Assembly: GCA_002633005.1 (NCBI GenBank)
Contig: NMRA01000537.1
Location: 141,041-205,040, forward strand
Direction of reading: 5' to 3'
DNA: 64,000 bases
DNA from: Phoronis australis
Taxonomy: Eukaryota > Animalia > Phoronida
The translations under genes were made by a program, and so were the position numbers. The notes below the pieces were generated by a model. The model did no database searches, was not told the origin of the DNA, and saw only the letters and a list, made by a program, of their open reading frames with translations. Below are positions 25,301 to 36,468 of this stretch, in pieces (positions within the stretch are counted from its first letter, which is position 1; every line of letters starts with the position of its first letter).

Positions 25301-28300
25301 GCTGCCACCACATTTGCAACGAAACGAACGGCGTTGCCACGTGTAGTTGTCGCCATGGATACAAAATAACTAATGACACTAAATGCGAAGGTATGGGTTA
25401 CGAGTGTTCAAGGTACCACATTATTCTGAAATTAGAAATGAATTCATGGGGTTGAATTAAAGTCCTTTCTCTTTACGTTTTCTTTTAAAAGCATTTGATG
25501 GGAAATAATAACCTAATAGTAACAGTAAGCGTGTTCTCGAAATGCTTTTGATCAGTAAAGTTTTGTGATCAGGTTTTCGCCATGTCATGCGCGCACCCAG
25601 GGGGGGCTCGGAGGCTCAAACGAGTCCCCCCCCCCATTTGGCAAAATGGACAAAAAAGTCAGCCCCGAGAGACAAAAAGTCCTAGAAAATGGGACAAAAG
25701 TCCACTAAACATGCGCAAAGGCGCAATTTGGACAGCGGTGCACCCGTTTTTTTTAGACCGCCCGCCCTTTTCTTAGCAAAAGGTCCACAATCTCGGGAAT
25801 TCGAGCCCCCCCCCCACCCCATATTNCCACCCCATATTGTAGGCTGGGTGCACGCTTGCATGTGGCAACATTTCATGAGTACCAATAATTTTCTACATGT
25901 TGCCAAAGGTCATCGATGTCTTTGCTGTCTGTTCTGCAGATATCAATGAGTGTCTGGTGAAGTATAACGGCTTCTGCAACCACGAGTGTGTTAATTTACC
26001 CGGGACGTATGAATGTCGGTGCAACAAAGGTTACCGGATGGTAGCCGGAGTGTGTAGAGGTAATATAAGTGTTGTTACCAGGTGGTGGCCGGAGTGTGCA
26101 AAGTAATATAAGTGTTGTTACCGGATGGTGGCCGGAGTGTGCAAAGGTAATATAAGTGTTGTTACCGGATGGTGGCCGGAGTGTGCAAGCCGGAGTGTGC
26201 AAAGGTAATATAAGTGTTGCTACCGGGTGGTAGCTGGAGTGTGCAGAGGTAATATAAGTGTTGTTACCGAATGGTGGCCGGAGTGTCCAAATGTATTAAC
26301 AGAGTTGTTTTTACTATATTTAACTCCTGAATACTTTCACGAAATTTAAAAATCATAAAATTGCTCAAAATAAATTGTTAATGCATGGCATTCCCACGAA
26401 ACGTTTTTACCTTATTAATTACTTCTTAATTCAATAAAAAACGAAGAGAATTTTTGATTTAGACCACTTACTTGGTCTAGAGCTTGCAAAGAACTTACAG
26501 TTTCTATCCCTGGGTGCCATACTCGCCACATAATATGACCTGTGATGATGATACAGCTTAGTGAGTCTGATCCCAAACAATAATGAACTAACAGTTCTTT
26601 CGAATAGCTGACATCACCTCCAAGAAATAACTCATACATACAATGATGCGTGGTACTTAATTACGCTGAAAACTGGATACCCGACAAAATGGCGACCTAG
26701 CACAAATCTTGCACAAGGAAATGTACAAGTAGAAAAATAGACGTAGGTATAGATGAGGACGTGTAGTTATTAGAAGCACTTACAGTAAACCTGTAAGGAA
26801 AGAATCATAATATGAAAAATGGTGGGCGAAAATTGGGAGTCGAAAATCGCTGCTGAAGTGACTATGAAAACAGTTAGCACAAGCAATACAACAATACTGT
26901 AAGTTATGTAGTACGTCGCGTGCCTTACGTCATCAGGGAGATAAGATAACAGTAGTGAGTACGGGTACCACATTAAGGACTTAAATAAATCAACGTTGTC
27001 CTAGTGTGATCAGTGTTTCTGTCAGTCTTTCGATATAGCTTGCACGGTAACAGCATTGATGAGGTTGATGGCGTTTTCAAAAAAGACAAAAACTTGAACT
27101 AGAATCTTCAGAGATCGCCACTATTAACGAGAACATTGTTCAATCAATCGAGATTCTGCCTTTTTTCCTTCTGAGCTCAATCTCATCCCATTCCCTTCAT
27201 CACAGTTTCCTATCGCTCCTCTCTGTTCTCCATTCCGCGTTGGTCACTGTCTCTTCTTCGCATTTGTTGCAATTTCCATAATTTATGGTGAATCCCGATA
27301 TTTCACTTTTCTTACTTTTCTCGTCTACACATCTGATTCTTTTCACTCCTTTCACGCTTCAGTTTCTCCGTCATGTTTGACTGAATTTGTCATCATTTCC
27401 TCTCCCATCGTCTTCCTGTCTCTGTGTTTGCCTTTTTTCCTTCTCTCTTCTTCCTAAGCCTTATCATGCACTCCTGTATTCATTCCCAATTCCAACACGT
27501 CATCATCACAATTTCTATGACCATAATCATCACAGCAAAGACGTCACTTTCATCATCATCAAAGTCATCATTATTGTCGCCTCCGTCATCATCGTCGTCA
27601 TCCTTTTATGATGTTGATTATGATTCCAGAACACAATAGATCAAATAGAAAGACGCCCAGTTTCAACCAAAATATTTTGAAATTTCTGTTTCAACATAGG
27701 CACATGTAATCGCGATGACCTCGATCCACCTCGACATGGCATTCGCACGTGCACTGGATTGTCAGATGATGACGTGTGCCAGATTACGTGCCAGAAAGGT
27801 TACGATTACGGCGGCACTAAAGACCGTGCCCTCTACAAATGTAACCAGTGGACGGACTTCAAGTGGAAAGTAGACCTTCCAGGGGGTGGCTATACGTCAC
27901 TTACCGTGGCCAAATGCATTGGTAAGTCATTTTGAAGTGTTTTTTTAATTGCACGAATTCGTGTGCATAAGAAAAGATGATCCTCCGTGATCATACAGTA
28001 ATCCACACGTAAATCGTTATGTACTCAAGCATAGATTAATATACACTTATTTCTGTTCTCACAAAAGAAAAACAGAAAATGTCAAAAATAATGTCAAGTT
28101 CAATTTCTAATAAAAAGATTAGACTCTGGGCCCTGAAGAACAAACATTTATAGAGCAATGCACCTGGAAAGGGCAAAACAATTTTTAGAAAAGACATCTC
28201 ACAAAGACCCATCAACTTTTGTTTTAGTCTTAAGGTTAAATCCTTTTTGATCATCTCTTTGTGGATTGAAACCAGTAACTTCTTTGGTAAGTCAATATAC

Positions 28301-31300
28301 ACAGCAGTTCTTGTCTTCAACATACCTCAGAAGGACACTGTTGTCATTTCAGTCGATATCAACGTTATTATGACGCTAATTGCGAACGGCGAACTGCAGA
28401 CGACAGAAGCTGATAAAGAAAAGATTAAAAAGGGTCTTATCGACTCCATGATAAAACTTGCCATTTGTGTTTACCCTTGTCACGTAGGTATCACGTGATC
28501 GATGCAAGTTAAAAGGATACTAAACCACGTTTTGGTGATTAATCATCAATCGTTTCCGTCACCTGTTACTCTGTCGTTAGTATTTCTCCGAAAAGATGAA
28601 AATATTGTTCAGCTATAATTCTTACCTGTCTTGTCTCTGTGGTTCGAAATGTATGGCCTCTCTCCACAGTCGTCCATTGTTCGCTCGAAACGTTACTCAC
28701 GCTTGTCAGTTTAGGAAATTTTGTAAGACGTCGTCAAACTTGAGTCAAACCTTTAAGAACTGCAGACGGTCTAAAGAACATTAGTTTGTTTCTAAGGTAT
28801 CAGTGTTAAATCTTAGTCAGATCTGTTAATAGTCAAAATCCTGGTTTAGTATCGTTTTAAAAGAGCTTTCATGTCGTTGTTATCGTTACTGTAATTTTCA
28901 TGATAAATATTATCTTCGCCGTAGTCTTTGTTGTCATCGGCATCAAAGTAGTCGTCTTCGACACAATCGCCTTCGTCACATTCTCCGCATTTACGTGGGA
29001 TCTGTGTTGAAAGGATATACGCGACATTTGAGTACTATATCTAAGTACTACGGTAGTTTAAAAAGGACGGCAGAATTTTTTTGTTGTATTTTATCCATAA
29101 GTATCTTCATAGATAGAGATAATAAGTCTGTGGATAGAATTAGTATGACATCTATCGGCAGTGGTAGTAAGTGTACAAGTATTTGTTGATGAATAGTTAT
29201 TGTAAAACGTCTTGTAAAGTTTGATTTTTCCGGTAGCGAGTTTTGCTTTAGACATGTTTCATCAAACGCCACTCTTCAATTTGTCTTTGAGGGCGGTACC
29301 GCCTTCATTGACTTTCGAGCGATATTAGGTCTGCGCACAATAGATTTGGATTGTTCAATTTGTAATGAGTGGCCATTTTTTCAGCCTTGAGTGACGTCAT
29401 ACTGTTGTAGAGGTGGCCGAAAACCACCATTAAATTTTTGTGATGCGTATGTTCATCTTGCTCTTGTGTATTGAGTGGGAAGTTTATTGTTTGAATGCAC
29501 GACCACGCTACTCGATAAGCAGTGTTCATTTCATGACGTCACCAGCACCACAACTTTCAGTTCAACATTTGCGTTTTGGGTTCTGTCCTTTCTATTGACC
29601 TTCCAAGCTTTGAATGATAAAGCCTGAAATAATCATTAGAGTTTTCATTCCATTGGGGATAATAAAATCATCATGTTATTGAGTCTAGAAACATATAAAT
29701 CTAATTTTCTTTTCAAATCTGAAAGTGTCTAGTGTAATCTTGTGCACTCACAGTGACGACACACAATTGATTCAGAATTATCGTGTACTCTCATACGCAC
29801 ATTCATTTATACGCATGCGTGTTTTTGGTGTTGATAAGGACTAGCAAAGCCAATGCACAGTAGAACTAGAGTCCAGCCTCTGTTTTGATACTCTACTAGT
29901 ATAGCCTTAAAGTCATTTTTTCTTAGTTTGTAGACTCGTTGCCCATGTCACTAATATTAATGATTTCCTTGCAGATTCCAATGAATGAGATCCATATTTC
30001 ACAAGGTCCTCGTTATAAACGATCTCTAATAAAGAAGTACACTTTTACTATGAAACTTCAATCCAGTGTTCCAGATGGTTACGACGCGGCAACTGTAGAA
30101 AAGAGCTTAAGGTACCACAGCTGGGCTTGCTCTACCTGTTAAAATACTGTGTTCATGAGCGGTCGTGGTTAATCACTTGTACTTTTAACCAGAGAACAGT
30201 GACATGTTCACCGTTACCTAATTATATTGAAAGTTGAACCCAGTCAGGCAGTACATTATGGATACCATATTACAAACTGTTAATAAAACAACGAAAGCAA
30301 AAACATTCTCAAGTGACGTTAATTTGTACCCATTACTACGTGCAACACATTGTCCTGAAAATAGCATCACTTTGTCTATGTTAAAACATGCATAGAGAGT
30401 TCCATTGGGTTTAAAAGGATAATGCTTAGGAGATTTCCTATTTGTTGTAGGGAGGGAGCCGAAAAGTTCGAGGCCCGTCTGTTGAGTGGAAACTTCTTTA
30501 TAAAAGTGAACGGAATTGATTCTTATCTGAGCCCCGCGGCATCATTCGTGATTTCGACTGTGTCTCTGGAATGTCCTGTCAATCATGTTCGAACGGACTA
30601 TAAATGCCGTACGTATACCAAATAACAGGCTTCAGCGTTCGTTTTGTATGTATAAGAGTCACTGTAAAAGTAATATAAGATTTCTGAGATGACTTGTCAC
30701 AAGATCTGTTGTTAATCATGCATCATCAGGTTGATTTATTCTCGAAAATGGCAATATTTGTCGTTTTAATCGACGTTTTCAGGAAAGTGAAATCGGGGTA
30801 GAGTTAAATGTCTGCCTCGCGGCAAGAAAAATCTAGCCAAAATCCCGTGCTCACGTTGTAAAAACACGGCAATATCTCGCGAGATCTTGCTTTTCTAGGC
30901 AATAACGTTACTGAATTGTACTCCTGCCTTTTTCGCCAAGGTTCAGACATCTGAGACAGGTACAAATTCAAAAATTCTTCCTGTAAACGCAGCCAATATT
31001 GATTACCTTCAAAATTTGTCATCGAATCTGCCTAATAGCACGTTATTTTGTATTTCAAAAATAAGTTTTGATTTACTGAATTGATCTCGTATAATAATTT
31101 TTATTATCCGTTTCACTGATCTGCTTACACTGTTCCCAAGCATTTGCTTGCATCGAAACATTTTAATTACGTTTTGCTAACTTTTCAGCTAAAAAGTTCT
31201 AATTCGTGGGTACCTGATATTTTCTTTTTACCTCTCATTCTGTGGCTCTGGAGGCTCCAGAATTCCTTGTGGATTCACTTACGTATGTTTATGCTTTTGC

Positions 31301-34300
31301 ATGAGCTTCACCATCAGATTTTGACGTCGTAAATTTTCTGGATAACAATTTAGAAATCCTGGTCATCAAAGTTAAATTTTGCCTTTGGGGGCTGTGCCCT
31401 GTTCACGTCATTTCAAAAATTTTCAAAAAATCAAGGTCTCTTAGGTTAGAATTAGTTGTGCTGAGTTTTTTTGGTGGTTTTGTTCTTCATAGTTTTAGAG
31501 ACCGGAAATAGCAAATCCTTTACGCCACCTGCGGTCTGTTTCTCGAAGATTCTATAGCCAAAAGTCAATTTTTCGTCTTTCGACTTTGGCTTTTGGTATG
31601 CTCCCGAACAGGCTACGGATTTCTATGTTTTGGGTTCGAGCTCTAGACAAATGTTCGGGCCTTAACACTTAGCCTAATTTCGTGAAACAGGTTAAGCAGA
31701 AAAACAAACCACGATAGACTCTTCGAGATATATCCTCATGCAGTTGTCTATTGAATACCTTATTGGCCTTTGTCATTTGGCTATAGGAAGGTCAGACGTC
31801 TGACTACGAGTAGCCATTTTTCTTTTGCTGTTCTCTAAACGCGTAGTCGAACAGACTACGAATTTCTGTCTGTTGACTTCGAGTTGTAGGCGAATTTCTT
31901 ACTTTCAGCCTTGGCCATCCGTATGCTGAGTTTTAACCGAAAAGTCGAAAGGCAACGGCTAATAAACTCTCCTTGAAACAGCACCATGTTTAACACTCCC
32001 CAAACTTGCGTCTTTCCATTTTTGTGGAAACTATTGCGGCTGTTCATAGTTCTGCCGTACTCCCTTCGCCTTCACTTCGCAACAAGTGTTAATCTCCAGA
32101 ATAACGTAGTCGAATGTCACAAAATTTCCACAACACCAATGCTGTGGTGGTCACAACTGCTGTGCGTATGTCTACTGCGTTCACATGATATCCGATCAGC
32201 AAGTGAATCAGATGTCTGGTCCACCTTCTGAAAAAATCCCACGTGAACGCTAGTCTGACGACCGGTCTCCGTACTTATCGACCGACCCCAAAGTAGACGG
32301 CAGATCAGCCTTCTTGAGGTGACGTAAGTGTTATGCTAGTTACTCGTGACTGCTTAGAGGCAAGGCGGCTCCCATCTATTATGGTCCATGGTTGGCCATT
32401 AAAATGAACACCGAGTATCCTAGCAACGAAATCTGGGCCTCCCAACAAGAACACATATTTGTCCCCTCATCGCCATCGCTCTGTACTTAGTCCGCGTTCG
32501 CTCAGTAAGCTCATTCTCTGTACACACTGCCCTGTACCGAACCACAGGCATTTGACAGAAACTAAAATATCCGGCATACTTTATGTCTAAAATATTTTCC
32601 TCCCACTCATTAACATGCGGAGGTTAACAATTCAAGATCCATCCATCATTCCAGACTCGTGTTCCAGTGGCTATCGCTTCATCTCCACAAGCCAGACATG
32701 TCAACCATGCGGTCGCGGATATTACCAGTCACTTGACGGACAGAGTCACTGCGACCAATGTCCTGGAAATTTAACAACGTTCACAATTGGGGCAAGGAAC
32801 GTGTCAAGTTGCCTTTGTAAGTTTTAGGCCTTATGGTAAACTAACGAATATATTTGATCCAAATGGAGCACTTGCATCGAAAAGGTGGTCTGTAGCCTTT
32901 AACCGGTCATTGAATAGGTAAGTTTGACGTGGCATTTATGACCTGCATTGCTTGCAAATAACCCGTTGAGGGCCCCGACACATGAACTTATAATAACACA
33001 CTGTAGGTTATACATTGTATGGCAGTGCGAGAGAATATATCAATAAATAAAAAAAATGTATTTATTTCCAATGTCAAGTTAAGTCAAGAATCGCTGAGAC
33101 TAGAAAGCGTGTTGAGTATTAGAATGGATGTCTTTACGGAGTTCCGACAGAAATTTAGACTCGTGTTGTCCCATTTTGTTTAGCTCCTCGTTGCTATGTT
33201 TAATCTTTTGTTCATATTCTTAGTATGTCCCGAGGGTTTTGTCCAGGCAGCAGACGCGGCGGACGGCATCTTGTGTTTCCACCATTCACGTCGTCCAGTG
33301 ACCTTCGACGAAGCAGACAAGTACTGTCGCGACAGAACCGCTGAAGTTTTCGTGCCGAAAAACAGAAGTGACGTCATTTCCTTGGACAAAACACTAAAGC
33401 CTCTACAAGACTTATGGATAGGTTGGTAGACTATACGGTAACTGTTAAAATCCTCGAAGTATCGCCATGGACCAGATGCAGACTCGCGACGGCCGGTGGG
33501 GGCAACATTGTGTAGAACAATTTTAGTGAGATCAGAACTCCCAGAAAAAAGGGGACAGGGTCAATTTTTGCTGTTTTACGAGTTAGAGTACGTTTAGGAA
33601 TCTAAAATCTCGAGCTCTACATTTCCCTCTCAAATTCAATCCTCCCCGAGGGAAAAGTAATACCAAGAGGTACGTTCGGTATCAGTCTTTTTGTGTGTGA
33701 TCTATCACTGCAAAACGTGAAAAACATCTGTTCTCTCCGCCTCATTATCACTTAAAGGGCCACCTGTTGGCTTCATTGTTAACTGAGTGGCACATTCAAA
33801 AAGAAGGCATGGCTAGCTCTGACCGTATGAATACGATTGCCAACCAGCAGCATAACGCTAACCTGGAGCGAAACAATTTGAAACTGTAGCCTTTCGAAAG
33901 CAGGTGCATCCGTACTCAACGTCCCTTTGTAAACACTCAAAACCATGCAAAACTCACGCAAGTGAAAAGCTAGTGTGTAACTGCCAGTATGGGAAAGGGT
34001 AGGAATACCGAAGCTGTGGACTTTACGCGCCTACATTAGCAAAATAGCCACCATTGCAGTGATTGGTCGGCGGGAGGCTTGGTGGTTGAATTAAGAGAGA
34101 AATCTGTTAGTAAATTAGTTGTTTTTGTACCAAAGGTCAAGATTTCTCGTTTCAAGTGTCCTCAGAAGGGCACTGATTCGTACGGTCCTCTCTGGCTACA
34201 CCGCTATTAGTCAAGTGTCACTGTCACGTGATACACTGCGTGATGTCACGGGTGTCAATTTGTCTAGTGTCGAATCATTGTTATCAGTTTGATTACCATT

Positions 34301-34556
34301 TTCAATGGTATGTCGGTTGTAATAAGAAATTGTGCTTTCAGGTGTGAACGATCGCGTTACAGAAGGCGTTTTTGTCTATTCGGATGGCACAGTTCTAGGC
34401 AGTGGCCATTACACTGAGTGGAAACAACCCGCGGGACTAGCGAAAAATGTGACGAGAAACTGCGTGAAGATGCAAAGTAGCCATGGTTTCACATGGACGC
34501 CAGACGACTGTGCAATAAGACTAAATACCATTTGTGAACATCGGCGATCTGTGTAG
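9348..34556 (+). CDS. Gene A: secreted mosaic protein SP-CTLD-(EGF)15-Sushi/CCP-spacer(RYKR)-GCC2/GCC3-like Cys-rich-CTLD, SCUBE-like stalk, about 1166 aa
   Basis: Exons 9348-9423, 13880-14137, 19420-19572, 21623-23056, 23769-23885, 25271-25390, 25940-26059, 27700-27921, 28353-28483, 29975-30111, 30451-30608, 32655-32816, 33224-33421, 34342-34556. All introns are GT-AG with compatible phases. Total 3501 nt (divisible by 3), no internal stop seen, ends EHRRSV-TAG. Downstream exons match gene B in size and sequence. No transmembrane segment. Confidence 0.88.
9665..9900. mobile_element. Dispersed non-autonomous repeat with end CGGTTGCATGAAACAGTCCCAA
   Basis: Copies at about 2743-2965, 9665-9900, 38690-38730, 38885-39118 (inverted) and 54820-55030 (inverted). 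Confidence 0.65.
10573..10902 (+). repeat. Degenerate ~20-bp tandem array (GTGGTAAGCGTTCTGC core)
   Basis: About 15 variants of ggtaagcgttc(t/c)gc in succession in gene A intron 1. Confidence 0.8.
11866..12270. mobile_element. Long-TIR palindromic MITE
   Basis: cctgggcccggt..taatcttt...gcgaactcaagataagtg pairs with cacttatcttgagttcgc...aaagattactgggcgcagg. Partial copies near 8820-9020 and 27995-28130. Confidence 0.75.
13240..13856. mobile_element. Foldback element with TIRs and internal AATTACGCTCGTA subrepeats
   Basis: tatggtgggccgttgaggggaaa... / ...tttctcctcaacggcccgtcata; many ttacgctcgta / ttacgagca motifs in both orientations. Confidence 0.75.
13880..19572 (+). CDS. Gene A exons 2-3 (13880-14137, 19420-19572), N-terminal C-type lectin-like domain
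   Basis: [36 protein letters not shown]...TIWLAG...Y-T-N-F...PRC...[16 protein letters not shown] fits the CTLD pattern; phase-1 junctions. Confidence 0.85.
17918..18130. repeat. (ATT)n microsatellite
   Basis: Directly visible; gives the spurious poly-I and poly-L ORFs. Confidence 0.97.
18130..18987 (+). mobile_element. Helitron-like non-autonomous element between two ATT microsatellites
   Basis: 3' hairpin attgtcacg-c-cgtgacaat (18958-18976) followed by CTAG (18984-18987) then T. Internal repeat caccgga..aggtc..tt.gtgcaaaggtcat at about 18298 and 18729. Confidence 0.55.
18987..19366. repeat. (ATT/ATC)n compound microsatellite
   Basis: Directly visible; ends about 50 nt upstream of the gene A exon 3 acceptor. 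Confidence 0.97.
20302..21930 (+). other. Near-identical direct duplication (20302-21125 / 21127-21930) joined by a single N, probable allelic assembly artefact
   Basis: 824 vs 804 nt copies differ by scattered SNPs and a 20-nt indel in the intronic part. The first copy stops mid-exon at the N (21126). Confidence 0.8.
21623..23056 (+). CDS. Gene A exon 4: 12 tandem EGF/calcium-binding EGF domains in one exon
   Basis: ttttag|AT ATC AAC GAA TGT ... TGC AAA G|gtaggt; 478 codons; repeated D(I/V)(N/D)EC..NGGC.H.C.N..GS..C.C..GY. Confidence 0.95.
25587..25859. mobile_element. MITE with TIR CATGCGCGCACCCAG
   Basis: catgcgcgcacccagggggg...ggctgggtgcacgcttg. Related copies at 9900-10043 (inverted) and 17068-17289 share ccatttggc.aaatggacaaaaa and gaga.acaaaaagtcc. 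Confidence 0.7.
26030..26310 (+). repeat. About 44-bp minisatellite (about 6 units) spanning an exon/intron junction
   Basis: Unit gttaccggatggt(a/g)gccggagtgtg(t/c)a(g/a)aggtaatataagtgtt; the first unit contains the real donor at 26059/26060. Confidence 0.92.
27700..34556 (+). CDS. Gene A tail exons: Sushi/CCP-like (27700-27921), spacer (28353-30608), GCC2/GCC3-like Cys-rich (32655-32816), C-terminal CTLD (33224-34556)
   Basis: [13 protein letters not shown]...CQITCQKGY...YKC...W...C; [36 protein letters not shown]; CP.GF...CF...TFDEADKYC...LWIG VND...EG.FVYSDG...W...C...W..DDC...NTICE. Confidence 0.88.
28600..29290 (-). mobile_element. Possible decayed Penelope-like retroelement N-terminal fragment
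   Basis: Minus-strand peptides [19 protein letters not shown] and INRSD*DLT...QFLKGL recall the F..CL...LP and INLS..LT...L.KGL.F motifs upstream of Penelope RT. Many stops; recognised from memory only. Confidence 0.35.
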
Positions 34557-35957
34557 ATGGTTTCTAATGAAACTGCAAACTATTAAGTCGTGAACACAAT
34601 AGTTTGTCCACATCGTAAGACGCAAGACCAATGCGGTTTTCAAAGCTTGATTAACTATTATTTTCTGATATAAACAGGTGTGCTACCTAAAACCCGATCC
34701 ATCGTTTTACGCAAATGAAGATATTTTAGACTTATCACTCTATAACTCATAATTGGTTTTTACAGTTCTGGTTTTGATTTTGGTCAAAAGTACGGACAGA
34801 GCAAATACTTTTTTTCATTTTGTATTTTTCAAGCGTTGACGACATAGTAAAACAAACTATGTGAAATTGATAACTTTGCTTTCGCTTCACGATTAATTCG
34901 AAGTCTAATAAACTGTTAGGATGTCGAGTTAAGATTTTCTTGAATAGCTTGAAAAGCGATGTGATCGACAGTCCCGCTTTACCAGGTCTCATTCACTCAA
35001 GCGAGTTCCTGTGTATGTCACTAGGGGGCGGTCTTGACTTGCACAGTCATTGAATACACTCTTTCCACATTCGTTTTAGTTTAAACCTTCATAAAACGGA
35101 TTTCAACGATTAAGTTAGATTATTCAAAATTTTAAAAGCCCAAGTAATGCTCATTCGACACAACTTCAAAGTTTACAAGATCCTTTCAGTCACTGTTTTT
35201 GTTCTATTATTTTCATTACGGCCTTGTATATGGTCTCCAGGGTGCATCGAAACAATACAATAAATTTCACTAAAAATATAAAGATGATTTGAATGGGACA
35301 AAGTTCCATCGCCTGCACACAAATATTTGTCTGGTGCTGCTAAAAAATAGAAACGTCACATGAACGGGGCGAATTCTCAGCCGCAAACCTGCGTCTGGTA
35401 GCCTAGAACCATCTGTTGTTTGGTAGGAGATCAGTACATTCGGGTAATGATCCAGTCTCGTTGGGTACACTAGCTTGACTTCACCGGTTCCGCCGGGTCA
35501 ACCAGGGTAGAGTTCTGCAGCGCGAGGACTCCCTCGCTAGAAAAACAAGACTTCGTGAGATATTGCTGTGTATTTTAAATGAGCGCTCGTGATTTTGGCT
35601 AGATTTTTGTCGTCACGAGACAACTACTGAACTCTACCCAGTTTAGGCAGTCATTGGTTCTCGATGACGTGTTCCGGCTCTCGTTTAAATCCATCAAATT
35701 TCTTAGCCGTTTGACCCATGCGGAACAGGCGAAGTTCATCAAGTGCAGCCATTAAGGTTATCTGATGAGCCAAGCTGCGGTTGTACTTGCCTAAGACAAC
35801 TGCAGCTTTACCAGGGTTCCGCAATAGCTGCCTCGCAGCGTGAAAAAATCTAGCAAAAATCCTGACGTGCTCTAATTGAAAATAAACGGCAGATATCTCG
35901 CGTAATCTCGTGAAGGTCTCGCTGTTTCCCAGCATGCCAGCCGATAGGTGGTCGGTA

Positions 35958-36468
35958 ACCAGCACGCAGGTATCACTTAATTTTGCTCGGGAATTTTTTT
36001 TACACCGGCATTTCTGATTGGCTGGTCAAATTATCAGCAGGCAGCGCTTTAGGCAAACAAACTGGCATGACTGATAGAGCAAGTGTAAATGTGGTCTGTT
36101 GTACAGACAAATCGGTGCTTGAAATTTATGTTCAGGAAATCTGAATCCAAGAAATTGTGGTTGCGCCTTTTCGGAGTGCATTTTCTGCTGTCGATGACTT
36201 TTGTTCACGATACTGCCCTGTATTGATACAATATGAATAACACCGCACCGGTTAAATCGGCCAGATAGTGTATTGTACATGCATGTGCTTCAAGCACGCA
36301 GCTTTTAAACATTACTGCAGAAACGAAATAGTTGCCGCTACGCCACTTGCATGACAAGGCTAAAAATCGTTCATAGTCCGCCATTTTTTCACGTTGTTAT
36401 AAAGCTAACCAATGACTGCCGAGGTTACACCAACCAATGCTAAAGCGCGTGATACCTGCGTGCTGGCT
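35958..36468. mobile_element. MITE-like element with TIR CCAGCACGCAGGTATCA
   Basis: accagcacgcaggtatcac ... gtgatacctgcgtgctggc. Confidence 0.65.

Noticed and set aside
34907-34912. AATAAA as poly(A) signal (also 54505-54510 for gene B)
   Set aside because: Plausible positions, but the hexamer is too common in this AT-rich DNA to support without 3'-end data.
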